Source of the DNA: an uncultured virus (IMG/VR IMGVR_UViG_3300042691_048340)
Taxonomy: Duplodnaviria; Heunggongvirae; Uroviricota; Caudoviricetes
Virus record (IMG/VR): IMGVR_UViG_3300042691_048340
Reading direction: 5' to 3' (one strand)
Length of the DNA: 64,000 nt
The first letter of the stretch is position 1, and each line of letters begins with the position of its first letter. The translations under genes were made by a program, and so were the position numbers. Of this stretch, positions 9,352 to 18,635 are shown one piece after another. The notes below the pieces were generated by a model, which saw nothing but the letters and a program-made list of their open reading frames with translations, ran no database searches and had not been told where the DNA came from.

Positions 9352-10476
9352 ATGGAAAAGTTAAACTTCAGTACGTTAAACACAGTCTTTGCTGGCTGTG
9401 ATGCTGGGAACGGCATAACAAAAGTTGTACTTGCTGTCCCTAAAAACACTCAGTATCGCTTTGTAGAAGCCTCTATACCTTCCATTGTAGCGTCCGGTCG
9501 GATGAGTAGCTCTGCGGCACTGGCCAGCAATGAGTCTCTCCAAGATAAGCTACTAGAACTGATTTCCAAGGACGGACAACACTTTATCACAGCCCTTGAT
9601 ATGTCTGTTCCCGCCGCAGCCATAGATGCACTACCAACTGGCGGTGACGTATATCAGTCTTCCCTAGCGCGTGGTGCGTTAGTTTATAGTTCCATTTTAA
9701 AAGCATTGAACGGCATCTTAGATACCGATCTCGCTAGCAAGGGCTTAACTTGCTACCTTGCTGTGACCACTATGGCCAGTAACTACTGGCTAGACAATGG
9801 CTTAAGGAAAAACACTACTCGCATTGCAGAAGTTGCGGCGGCACTGGGCTCGACCTTCACTACGCCGTTACCCAACGTCACTATCGATATCGTTCGCACC
9901 GAAGTTTTTGGTGAAACTTTGGCCGCTATGTTATCACTGCTCATCGATCCACGTGGCAACACGACGTCGCCCTATCCGGACGAAAGTCAGATAGCGGTCA
10001 TAGATGTTGGGCACACTGACTCCGTTCTCCTGGTCGCTGAAATAAAAAACGGGCTTCCTAAGATAGTCAAGCGGCGTTCTATCCCTATGGGCATAGGGAG
10101 CGCGGTACTAGACGTAGTAGCCAACCATCTTTCAAATATATTGGGAAGAACTATTTCCGCCGATCTACACCTACTATCTAAGCCTAGTTTGCGTTATTGT
10201 GGCCAAAATATCGACTTACTTAGCGTGCAAAGGGAGGCGGTACAGGCACTAAGTTTAAGATTGTTGGCACATATCTCCAAAGAACTCGGTAAGGGCGCAG
10301 AACTAGAAGCTACTTACCTTGTCGGTGGCTTTCCACAAGTAGCACTAAAGCTCTTTGGCTATAGCTATTTTACGGGCTACGGAAGGATACACAACTTAAA
10401 AGTTCCGGAGTTGCCCGTTTATGCTAACGCAAGAGGGGCACTATACGGGCTTATGCAGCGCATTGCCAGGGGGTAA
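9352..10476 (+). CDS. parM: ParM/StbA-family actin-like partition ATPase
   Basis: GCDAGNGITKV (phosphate 1), VIDVGHTDS (phosphate 2), LVGG, ANARG. Confidence 0.82.
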   Translation: MEKLNFSTLNTVFAGCDAGNGITKVVLAVPKNTQYRFVEASIPSIVASGRMSSSAALASNESLQDKLLELISKDGQHFITALDMSVPAAAIDALPTGGDVYQSSLARGALVYSSILKALNGILDTDLASKGLTCYLAVTTMASNYWLDNGLRKNTTRIAEVAAALGSTFTTPLPNVTIDIVRTEVFGETLAAMLSLLIDPRGNTTSPYPDESQIAVIDVGHTDSVLLVAEIKNGLPKIVKRRSIPMGIGSAVLDVVANHLSNILGRTISADLHLLSKPSLRYCGQNIDLLSVQREAVQALSLRLLAHISKELGKGAELEATYLVGGFPQVALKLFGYSYFTGYGRIHNLKVPELPVYANARGALYGLMQRIARG

Positions 10477-10479
10477 ATA

Positions 10480-10875
10480 GTGTCGAAAAAAAAAGGATCT
10501 AGCAGTGCAAAACGCCTTACTTTATACCTGCACCCGGCAAAGAACCCGCGCGCTGCACTTATACTGCACTGCCTCGATAGACAGGCTGCGCCCATATCAG
10601 AAAGTGTTTATGACATACTCCTGGAGTGGGCGCTAAAGACAAGCAGACTTCTTGCCAAAGAGAAGTATGCGACCGACGATATAACGCTAAAACACATGTC
10701 GGCCGCCGACTTACTAGAAGTTATGAAAGGCAACTATAGCACCAGCAACTCTTTACACCCAAAGCCCGTAAGTACACCTCTAAAAACAGTGGAACTAGTA
10801 GGAGAAGATAAGCATGAAAATACAAAAAATACAACGTGTTGTGATGATAGCGACTTCACTATCGATGATTTGTAG
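10480..10875 (+). CDS. Putative ParR-like adaptor
   Basis: Small gene directly after parM; basic N-terminus (KRLTLYL), acidic tail. Confidence 0.55.
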   Translation: MSKKKGSSSAKRLTLYLHPAKNPRAALILHCLDRQAAPISESVYDILLEWALKTSRLLAKEKYATDDITLKHMSAADLLEVMKGNYSTSNSLHPKPVSTPLKTVELVGEDKHENTKNTTCCDDSDFTIDDL

Positions 10876-11605
10876 TAGCATTGCTTGCGCTCAACAGTAT
10901 GCTGTTTGCAAGACTCCCAACGGGGCTACTATTTTTTGTAAGTCGGCGACCGCAAATACGTTGCCAACAACATCCTCTCCCCAGCTACTACCCCAAAGTG
11001 CCATGCCTTGGTGGTGTAGTACTGGAAAACTTCAAACTCCAACTGAGCAAACCATCTGTCAAACGGCGTCGCTATACGCCTTGGATGCAAAGTATAATGA
11101 GTTGTGGGCTACTCTTCCCCAAGATATGAGACCGTCAAGAGAGTCTTTAAAAGACCGGGACAGGCATGGGGTTGATGTGGCAGCTATCAGTGCGTGGTAC
11201 AACTCTGCTATACAACAGTTGCGACAAGCAGTACCACAGCCACAGCTGCCGTCCTCCCTCCAGCCTCAGTTAGCAGGTCAAACTTATGGGGATAATGCTA
11301 AGTTCTCATGGTGTAGTAGTAGTAAACTCAAGTCTGCAGAAGAGCGTTTATGTCAGCTTGCTACTACGGACATCGTTAAATTAGACGTCCAGCTTCAAAC
11401 TTCATATAACAAGCTAAAAAGGGAGTTAAAAGATAAGCCGAGAGACCTCACAAAAGAACAAAAAGCCTGGCTGGCGCAACGGGATGCACTTCTTGCTAAC
11501 AACGCCGCTGCTACGCAAGCTTCTTATGTACAAGCTGTTCAGCTTTTACTAAAACAGCTTTATACAGAGCGACTGAAAGAGTTACAAAGCTATACTGGCA
11601 ACTAG
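10814..11605 (+). CDS. Exported protein with two LprI/DUF1311 (lysozyme inhibitor-like) domains
   Basis: Signal-like N-terminus; C...EQTIC...LD and C...EERLC...LD...EQKAWLAQRD patterns. Confidence 0.7.
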   Translation: MKIQKIQRVVMIATSLSMICSSIACAQQYAVCKTPNGATIFCKSATANTLPTTSSPQLLPQSAMPWWCSTGKLQTPTEQTICQTASLYALDAKYNELWATLPQDMRPSRESLKDRDRHGVDVAAISAWYNSAIQQLRQAVPQPQLPSSLQPQLAGQTYGDNAKFSWCSSSKLKSAEERLCQLATTDIVKLDVQLQTSYNKLKRELKDKPRDLTKEQKAWLAQRDALLANNAAATQASYVQAVQLLLKQLYTERLKELQSYTGN

Positions 11606-11792
11606 TTATGACTCAGACAACTACTCTACTACTTTCTACTATCATCTCTCTTTTTTTTTGTTACTCAAAGACGATAGGAAGGAAATACAACTGACGGCAG
11701 TTTATCAAGTAAAAGCAACTATTTATACAACTAAAAAAGTTATAGTGGCTCATAAACAACGGTATGAGCCTGTTTATGATAAAGGAGATAGC

Positions 11793-12236
11793 ATGAAAGT
11801 ACTACTGAGCAGGTACGAAGGCTATCGGAACTGCCGATATAGTGATGCCAAGGGCGTTATGACGATAGGCATCGGTTGGAACCTTTCGTCAAATCGTGAA
11901 GTTACGGGTAAACTTATAGGAGTAACCATGCCCACATGCATAACTGATACTAAAGTCAACACGTTATACGAGTATAGTGTTAGGCGCGCTGCCGAAGAGC
12001 TATATAAGTATCTTCCTTGGTCAAGGGACTTACCAAGAGGGGTTAGAGATGTTTTGGTTAGGATGTCCTTTAACATGGGTATGGGTGCTCTTCTTGGTTT
12101 TAAGAATACGTTGGCTGCACTGAAAGCTCGTGACTATAGAAAAGCAGCCAACGGCTTTAGGGCTTCGCAGTGGTGTCGCGACGTGAAGATGCGACGTTGT
12201 AGTGAAGAGACCGCTAAGATAGCAGAGGGCGTTTGA
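11793..12236 (+). CDS. T4-like (GH24) lysozyme/endolysin
   Basis: YEG...YSD..G..TIGIG catalytic pattern, MSFNMG, FKNTLAAL; AAGGAG RBS before ATG 11793. Confidence 0.85.
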   Translation: MKVLLSRYEGYRNCRYSDAKGVMTIGIGWNLSSNREVTGKLIGVTMPTCITDTKVNTLYEYSVRRAAEELYKYLPWSRDLPRGVRDVLVRMSFNMGMGALLGFKNTLAALKARDYRKAANGFRASQWCRDVKMRRCSEETAKIAEGV

Positions 12237-13120
12237 TGGAACTTTCAAAGACGGCAACAACAGCCGATGGACAACATATCCACATACATATCCACCTCAG
12301 TAGTGGCGAGGTGGATGCAACAAAAGGCCTTCTCGGACGAGAGAAGTCAAAAGAGAAAGGTATAGCGCTCAATACGCTACTAACACTTGTAGCAGTCTTA
12401 CTTGCTATAATGGCACTAAATAAGTACGGTATGATAAGGCTAGACTGGATGTTAAGTCTTAGTAACTTAAAAGTTCTTTTAAATCCACTAGTTCAACTGC
12501 CACAGCCTCCTCCGCTTACAGCGGTTTCTAGTAGTCCCGCTTCACAAACTATGAGCCAGTTAACTGGTATACAGCGTTGCATGAGTAGAGTATCTCTTCA
12601 CTTGAGCGGCTATTCGGTTCCAGCCGCCGATAGCAACATACAAGCTATACCCAAAGATGTTTGTCATGCCGGTTGCACTTATAGTGTGGTCGAGAGGGAA
12701 GCTAGTGTTGGAGTTGACGAAGCTGGGATGAGATATGTTGGACGCTTTACTCCAACTTTTCAGGAGTGTAGTGAACTTAGCCCAACTGAAAAAAGTGAGA
12801 CGCAAAAAACGAGTCTACTTATTCCTTTATACTACGGCTATAACTCACTACGCGAGTTTTTAAGTGGTGATGCCTCAAAAAGCAGTGAAGTAGCTCCTTC
12901 AGCCGAAACAAAGAAGCAAGTTCAAGTACCTTTTCTACAGAAAAAACTAGAAGAGGCTCGTGAGAAACTAGGGAAGTGGATATGGAGTGTTACTCGCTAC
13001 GTAGTCTATCTTGTAGCATGTGTACTACTACTTATTGCTTTGCTTTCTCACAGTATAAGCAGGTTACTGCTTATACTGCTTAGCGTGTTTTCTATGCTAT
13101 ACGTGTACATGACGCCTTAG
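12233..13120 (+). CDS. Membrane protein, function unknown
   Basis: TM segments at both ends; ATGA-type coupling to the lysozyme gene. Confidence 0.6.
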   Translation: MMELSKTATTADGQHIHIHIHLSSGEVDATKGLLGREKSKEKGIALNTLLTLVAVLLAIMALNKYGMIRLDWMLSLSNLKVLLNPLVQLPQPPPLTAVSSSPASQTMSQLTGIQRCMSRVSLHLSGYSVPAADSNIQAIPKDVCHAGCTYSVVEREASVGVDEAGMRYVGRFTPTFQECSELSPTEKSETQKTSLLIPLYYGYNSLREFLSGDASKSSEVAPSAETKKQVQVPFLQKKLEEAREKLGKWIWSVTRYVVYLVACVLLLIALLSHSISRLLLILLSVFSMLYVYMTP

Positions 13121-13123
13121 TTG

Positions 13124-13420
13124 TCAACTTCTTTTAGTTTGGGAAAGCGTTTCTAGCTCACACTCGACATCGGAGTTCATATCAAAGTCAAATGCCAACT
13201 CAAAGACCCGACCTACGTCCTCGGCGAGCAACCACTGTCTGTTGCAGTAACTTATATAGTGTATGCTATAGTCTCCGTTTGGGACTGTGCAACGAAACTG
13301 TTTAACCTCCTTAGTACATGGGGAAGCTTGATAAGGAGCTTGGGAATGCATCCAAATCCATGAAATGGATAGTAAAACAAGAACAATAATGAATAGTACT
13401 GACAGTAGTGTTATCGCCAT
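13124..13420 (-). CDS. Hypothetical protein with N-terminal TM anchor
   Basis: ORF with hydrophobic N-terminus. Confidence 0.55.
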   Translation of the reverse strand: MAITLLSVLFIIVLVLLSISWIWMHSQAPYQASPCTKEVKQFRCTVPNGDYSIHYISYCNRQWLLAEDVGRVFELAFDFDMNSDVECELETLSQTKRS

Positions 13421-13480
13421 ATGTTCTTCCCATATTTAATATGCTTTTAATACTAAAAGTAGTATAGTAGCCAGACTCAA

Positions 13481-13897
13481 CTAAGTCAATTTGTTAACTT
13501 TCAGTTTCAGTCGTTCGGCTAATTTTTCTAGTAGCATGTTAAAAAACTTGTTGCCAAACCTGGTTAGTATGACCAGGCTCGTTAAGGCGAACGAGCCAAA
13601 CATCATGCATACGGCTGCCATAGCCGTATCCAGGTAGTTTGCCAGTGTAAGCAAGTAAAATATATAAGATATGTAGACGCATAAAGTATATCTTGCTACT
13701 AAGTCGAAGAAAGATAGCAAGATGACACTTATAAACTTTAAGTCTTCATGTTGAAAGTACTCTAGCCATAAAAAAGAAGAGTCAGAGTACTTACAAAATT
13801 TTAAATCAAAAATAAAGCCTGCTAACGCAGGAAGTATAGATATATGTAAGATAGGAAGTAGTACTTCTAAGTCAAAAAAAGTTCCAAGTTGAGTCAT
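13481..13897 (-). CDS. Multi-TM membrane protein (holin-like size)
   Basis: Three hydrophobic segments and a basic C-terminus. Confidence 0.5.
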   Translation of the reverse strand: MTQLGTFFDLEVLLPILHISILPALAGFIFDLKFCKYSDSSFLWLEYFQHEDLKFISVILLSFFDLVARYTLCVYISYIFYLLTLANYLDTAMAAVCMMFGSFALTSLVILTRFGNKFFNMLLEKLAERLKLKVNKLT

Positions 13898-13997
13898 AAC
13901 TTAACTTACTTTTTTCCATTTTACCTAAAGTCGTGATATTATCACGATTTACTTAAGAGGTACTTATGTTTATGAGTCAACTTATTAAGAGGTACTT

Positions 13998-14402
13998 ATG
14001 TTTATGAATCATATCCCGCTACTTGAAAAGGCACTTGAGCAAACCTTAGGTATGAGGGATGCTCATAAGTGGGGGGCTTGGGCACTAACAGTAGTTATAC
14101 TACTTTCCATGTATCAGGAGTATGTTCAGGCGGACGCTATACGCGCGGACATGCGTACACATAGGGATGAGTTAAGCAAAAAGATAAGTAACTTCGACAA
14201 CGAACTTAACCTTTTTCGCACCGGTTTAGAGAGCTTTATCCTTGTCAAAAACCAACTGGATGGCGAGCAAAACGAGAGACTAAGTACTCTTGAAGAGCAA
14301 ACTGGGAAACTAGAGAAGTCGCAAGAGGAAACTAAAAAGGAACTAGAGAAACTAAAGGAGTCTCTTAAAAAGGAGGCTAAGAAAACGCCAACTCAGCAGT
14401 AA
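13998..14402 (+). CDS. TM-anchored coiled-coil protein
   Basis: One TM then heptad-rich region; GAGGT RBS. Confidence 0.6.
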   Translation: MFMNHIPLLEKALEQTLGMRDAHKWGAWALTVVILLSMYQEYVQADAIRADMRTHRDELSKKISNFDNELNLFRTGLESFILVKNQLDGEQNERLSTLEEQTGKLEKSQEETKKELEKLKESLKKEAKKTPTQQ

Positions 14403-14893
14403 AAGAAGAGGAGCGGAGTTAGCATAAGTTCCAGTACTGCCCTTAGTTTTTTTTAGTGCATACTAAACACGGAAGTCGACTCTAGTTCCATGTAACGCCC
14501 CTTCAGCTTCCGCCGCTCCCTCTTCGTAGTCAGCCGCCGCCAAAGCATACTCCACACTACAAAGCCCGTCCACGTAAAGAAGTAGTCATGAAAGTTATCT
14601 TTTCATCGATTATCGATGAGTAGCAGTTGCTATAAGCTATAGCAACGCTAGCCTTCAGTCAGCTTTTTTTAAAAAAAAGCTCTCACGTTGAGAACTCACG
14701 ACAAGTCTATACCTCCCACAACTTCGTACACTTCCTAACTCTCTTTCGTGTAAGTTTAAGGAACGCCCTTTCCTTAAAAACCTGCTAGCTTCATAAGCCA
14801 TAGCACTGCTAGTTTTTTTTTGGTCACTTTTTTTAAAACTTTCACTAAAAGTAGTGTCTAAAGACACCATGATAAGTATTTTTTTCAAAAAAG

Positions 14894-14923
14894 TTGACAC
14901 GAGCTTGCTAGCACTGCTATCCT
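14894..14923 (+). promoter_or_regulatory. Sigma70-like promoter with palindromic operator
   Basis: TTGACA-N18-TATCCT with TG before -10; TAGCACTGCTA at 14909-14919. Confidence 0.55.
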
Positions 14924-15014
14924 CTATAGCACTGAGTGAGTGCGCTACTTTAGTTTATAAGTGCTTGTTAGCACTGACTTTGAAAAAAAGTTTAAGTTTT
15001 TTTTTAAAAAAGTC

Positions 15015-15043
15015 TTGACACTTTAGCCACTCGTTACTATTAT
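15015..15043 (+). promoter_or_regulatory. Strong sigma70 (early-type) promoter
   Basis: TTGACA-N17-TATTAT with A/T tract upstream; near-identical copy at 57055. Confidence 0.8.
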
Positions 15044-15126
15044 ACGTATAGATACTTCTCGTATCGAGACGACTCATAACCCCTCATGGGGATGTGTTTA
15101 AACTTAAATTAAATAGGAGTGTGGCT

Positions 15127-16380
15127 ATGAAAGATATGTTGAATACAAAACTACTACAGAGGACTCAACTGTTGGCTCAACCATTGGAAAAATTGCACAG
15201 ATTATACACAGTTCTTGAACTAGAACAACTCGCAACTTTTAAGAACTTGTTTGAAGGGCAGGTCCGTGAGCTCAGAGAGCTAGAGCTCGTGGACGAGGTA
15301 GTACACAGACCTAAAGAGAAGCTCAAACAGCTATATGGTAAGCTCAATGGTAAGCTCAAACAGCTATATAGTGGTGAAGATCACCTAAACGAGCTAAGAA
15401 AATATCTGTCTCCGCTAGAAGGCGGAATGTCGCAAAAAACCCGCCTAGACACATTCAAGTGTCTCGTAGAGACGCACCTATCCCAAGGCGAACTCGAACT
15501 TAAAAAATTATACGAACAACCCATTTACGAAGTCGAGCAGTTGCTCGCGCAACTGGCAAGGAAACAGTTAGACGAGTTACTAACTCAGCTCGAGCAACTA
15601 TACGAGCAACAACAGTTGCTAGAGAGGCCATGGTCCTCCGAATTCTTTTGGACTCATGAGTTTCATGAGTGGCTATACATACCCCAGTACCCTAACTTTC
15701 CAGCTTCGTTGTACGAATTTAAAAACTTGAATGAAGATGAACGCGAGCAGTTGCTCGCGCAACTGAACACCTACGACCTCGCGCAGCTGGAAAAGTTAGA
15801 AAAATTACACTGTATCTTAGCCCCAAAGATACATCACAAAGGTGACCCTCACTACTTATTACCTCTATATGAACGACATATAGAGGAGTCGAAACCTCTA
15901 AGGGAAATCAAGGCCTTGTACGAAAGGCACATCCAGGATTATAAACAGCTATGTAAAGAACACATGGAAGTGCTTAGCTTTTTATATAAACAAGAACCGC
16001 AGCTCGAACAGCGCTTCGAACAACTGAGCCGCCTGCACGAGGCGGCCAAGCTGCAAGAATCCAAAGCTTATGAGAGTTTTCTCTACAACGTAGAAGGGTT
16101 TCTTTACAATATAGAAGTATATGCCACAAAGAAACTTTTCAAGTTGGAATGTATGTTCGCGAACTTATGCAAGCATCCATTCAATCGCGCGTACGAACGC
16201 GCTTGCGAACACTATAGTAAATCATCTACTAATCATAAGGATTATCCAAGAGTCTTCCTTATGAAGGACGGGCAATGGGCATGGGCCCGGGGAGATGACC
16301 ATGTCCGCTTTTATGAACTGAAAGAGAACGCCGCCTTTATGATGACTTTAAACTGGGCAGAATCTAGTTATCTACTGTAA
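15127..16380 (+). CDS. Helical Leu/Glu/Gln-rich hypothetical protein
   Basis: Long ORF, AGGAG RBS, internal EQLLAQL repeat. Confidence 0.65.
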   Translation: MKDMLNTKLLQRTQLLAQPLEKLHRLYTVLELEQLATFKNLFEGQVRELRELELVDEVVHRPKEKLKQLYGKLNGKLKQLYSGEDHLNELRKYLSPLEGGMSQKTRLDTFKCLVETHLSQGELELKKLYEQPIYEVEQLLAQLARKQLDELLTQLEQLYEQQQLLERPWSSEFFWTHEFHEWLYIPQYPNFPASLYEFKNLNEDEREQLLAQLNTYDLAQLEKLEKLHCILAPKIHHKGDPHYLLPLYERHIEESKPLREIKALYERHIQDYKQLCKEHMEVLSFLYKQEPQLEQRFEQLSRLHEAAKLQESKAYESFLYNVEGFLYNIEVYATKKLFKLECMFANLCKHPFNRAYERACEHYSKSSTNHKDYPRVFLMKDGQWAWARGDDHVRFYELKENAAFMMTLNWAESSYLL

Positions 16381-16385
16381 CCACA

Positions 16386-16414
16386 GCTAGAAGCGCGTAC
16401 TACTCCGCGCTTCT
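16386..16414. terminator. Hairpin (terminator or processing site), copy 1
   Basis: AGAAGCGCG-TACTACTC-CGCGCTTCT; identical 29-mer at 54852. Confidence 0.6.
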
Positions 16415-16425
16415 TAGAGACAAAT

Positions 16426-16725
16426 ATGGACAAAAAAATAGCTACGCCAAGGGAGCTATACCAACTCTTGGCTGACATAGCACGTTCCCTTGATGAAATA
16501 GGTGTCGGAACAACGCCTGAACTTACGCAACTTCAAGTTGCGATAAGGACAAGGCTCGTTAGGAACATACTCATCATGCTTGAGGAAAGTGGTTATAGCA
16601 CGGATGCGGAGTTGCTTGAGAACGGCATACTGTATAAGTATCCGTTATATAAGATATTTGCCAGCCTAGACTATCAGCTGGCGCTTACCTCTATACAGGC
16701 TCTACAGGCTATAGGAGATAAATAA
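16426..16725 (+). CDS. Hypothetical protein
   Basis: ORF inside a co-directional operon. Confidence 0.6.
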   Translation: MDKKIATPRELYQLLADIARSLDEIGVGTTPELTQLQVAIRTRLVRNILIMLEESGYSTDAELLENGILYKYPLYKIFASLDYQLALTSIQALQAIGDK

Positions 16726-16727
16726 CT

Positions 16728-18623
16728 ATGGTATATAACGCCAAAGAAGCGTACCTTTACAAGGCGCGTGTCCAAGCCTCATTTGTCGCGTTGATGCTTA
16801 CCGGCGGGCACGCTCCCTGTCTTCCCCACTGGCCTATTGTGGAAATCAAATTTCAGGCCAAGATTGACGGCTTTGATACAGACGACCTCGTTGTTGTCGT
16901 AGAAAACGTAAACAGTAAGGAGCGGTGTAAACTTCTTGCGCAAGTCAAGCATTCCATTGACATCACGCACCGCAGCGCTCTGTTTGGCGAGGTGATGCAG
17001 GCCGCCTGGAATGATTTCAATAATCCCAAGGTGTTCACAAGGGGTAATGATGTTATTGCCCTGATCACAGGGCCACTTACTCAAAATGACTCTGAAGTTG
17101 CTTGGCTTTTCAATTATGCTAGGGCTAATCTAAGCAACCCGCAAAGATTCTTTAGGAATGTTGCAACCGCAAAGTTTACCTCGGAGGAAAAACGCCAGAA
17201 ACTAGAGGCTATCCGTGATCATTTGAAGGTGGCTAATGATGGAGTCGATCTGACAGATGACGTTTTTCATGAATTCCTTACCCACTACTACCTGCTTGGA
17301 TATGACTACTTAGGTGAGGAAGAAGGAATTGTTTTATCACTCATAAACTCTCACATTAAACCCGACTTTTCTCGGTTTGCGTGGAGCCGTATTCTGGAAT
17401 TCACTACTAACCGAAATCTTCACGCAGGTTGCATCACCAAGAGCGATCTGCCAGATGATTTAAAAGAAGTTTTTGTTGTCAAGCCTATCAGTAAGTTCCC
17501 AATCAATTGGGCGCATCACCCGGATGCCACCTATCTGGCCTTGGCGGTTCTGATTGGCTCTTGGCAAGACAAGAGTCAATGCGACCTTGAAGCAGTAACT
17601 CAACTGCTCGGTATCAGTTACGACGAGTGGCTAAAGAAGGCCCGGGAAATATTGCACTGCCCTGATAGTCCGTTGTCTTTCAAAAACGGCATCTGGAAAG
17701 TTGTTAACCGAACCGAGCTTTGGTGCCTGCTGGGATCGCGCATCCTGGATCAGGACCTCGATACGTTTAGGTCGCTTGCTAGTTCCGTACTGAAAGAACC
17801 AGACCCCGCTTTTGAACTACCTGCCGAAGAGCGATACGCGGCCAGCATTCATGGCAAAGTGTTGAAGTATTCGCACGTGTTGCGAAACGGCATTGCCGAG
17901 GGTTTGGCCATCATGGGCAACCAGCCGGAGGCGTGCGGTTACTGCTCGCAAGGGGAAGCTGAATCAACCTGCAAATCGGTGATACGTAAACTTCTGACCA
18001 ACGCTGATTGGGTTTTGTGGGGCAGCCTGAACGGTTTACTGCCAACCCTGGCCGAAGCCGCCCCCGGTCAATTTCTCGATGCCGTCGAGAAGGCGATGCG
18101 CCTGAACCCCTGCCCCTTTGATGAGCTTTTTTCTCAGGAAGGCAACGGCATCACCGGCGGCAATTATTTAACCGGCCTGCTCTGGGCGTTGGAAGGGCTG
18201 GCCTGGGATGAACAATATCTGGTTCGTGTCTGCGTTGCGCTTGGTGAACTCGCCAGCCATGACCCCGGCGGCCAGCGGGCCAATCGTCCATCCAATTCGC
18301 TTGCAACCATTTTGCTGCCATGGCTGCCGCAAACGCTGGCATCTGTTAACAAGCGCAAGGTGGCGGTGCGGACGATCCTTAATGAATGTCCGGATATCGC
18401 CTGGAATCTGATCATTCAACTTCTTCCCGGCCAGCGCCAGAACTCTTCCGGATCGTACAAACCATGCTGGCGCAAGACAATCCCCGATGATTGGAAAGAA
18501 GGCGTTACACATCAGGAATACTGGCAGCAGGTATCTTTTTACGCGGAACTTGCAGTGGCTGCCGCAGGCAAAGATACCGCTCGGCTTTCCATGTTATCCA
18601 AAATTGACATAAACCTCATCTAA
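16728..18623 (+). CDS. Foreign, probably truncated protein with N-terminal PD-(D/E)XK-like domain (defence-island type)
   Basis: DDLVV...LAQVKHS motif; 3' part visibly GC-richer than flanks; abrupt end. Confidence 0.6.
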   Translation: MVYNAKEAYLYKARVQASFVALMLTGGHAPCLPHWPIVEIKFQAKIDGFDTDDLVVVVENVNSKERCKLLAQVKHSIDITHRSALFGEVMQAAWNDFNNPKVFTRGNDVIALITGPLTQNDSEVAWLFNYARANLSNPQRFFRNVATAKFTSEEKRQKLEAIRDHLKVANDGVDLTDDVFHEFLTHYYLLGYDYLGEEEGIVLSLINSHIKPDFSRFAWSRILEFTTNRNLHAGCITKSDLPDDLKEVFVVKPISKFPINWAHHPDATYLALAVLIGSWQDKSQCDLEAVTQLLGISYDEWLKKAREILHCPDSPLSFKNGIWKVVNRTELWCLLGSRILDQDLDTFRSLASSVLKEPDPAFELPAEERYAASIHGKVLKYSHVLRNGIAEGLAIMGNQPEACGYCSQGEAESTCKSVIRKLLTNADWVLWGSLNGLLPTLAEAAPGQFLDAVEKAMRLNPCPFDELFSQEGNGITGGNYLTGLLWALEGLAWDEQYLVRVCVALGELASHDPGGQRANRPSNSLATILLPWLPQTLASVNKRKVAVRTILNECPDIAWNLIIQLLPGQRQNSSGSYKPCWRKTIPDDWKEGVTHQEYWQQVSFYAELAVAAAGKDTARLSMLSKIDINLI

Positions 18624-18635
18624 GAAGGAGGTAAT

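Noticed and set aside
13947..13975. Xer/dif-like site
   Set aside because: Poor match to the XerC and XerD arms; better explained as a duplicated RBS and start codon
14403..14900. ORF 14655-14900 and other short frames
   Set aside because: Low-complexity regulatory DNA with palindromes and promoters; no convincing RBS or protein features
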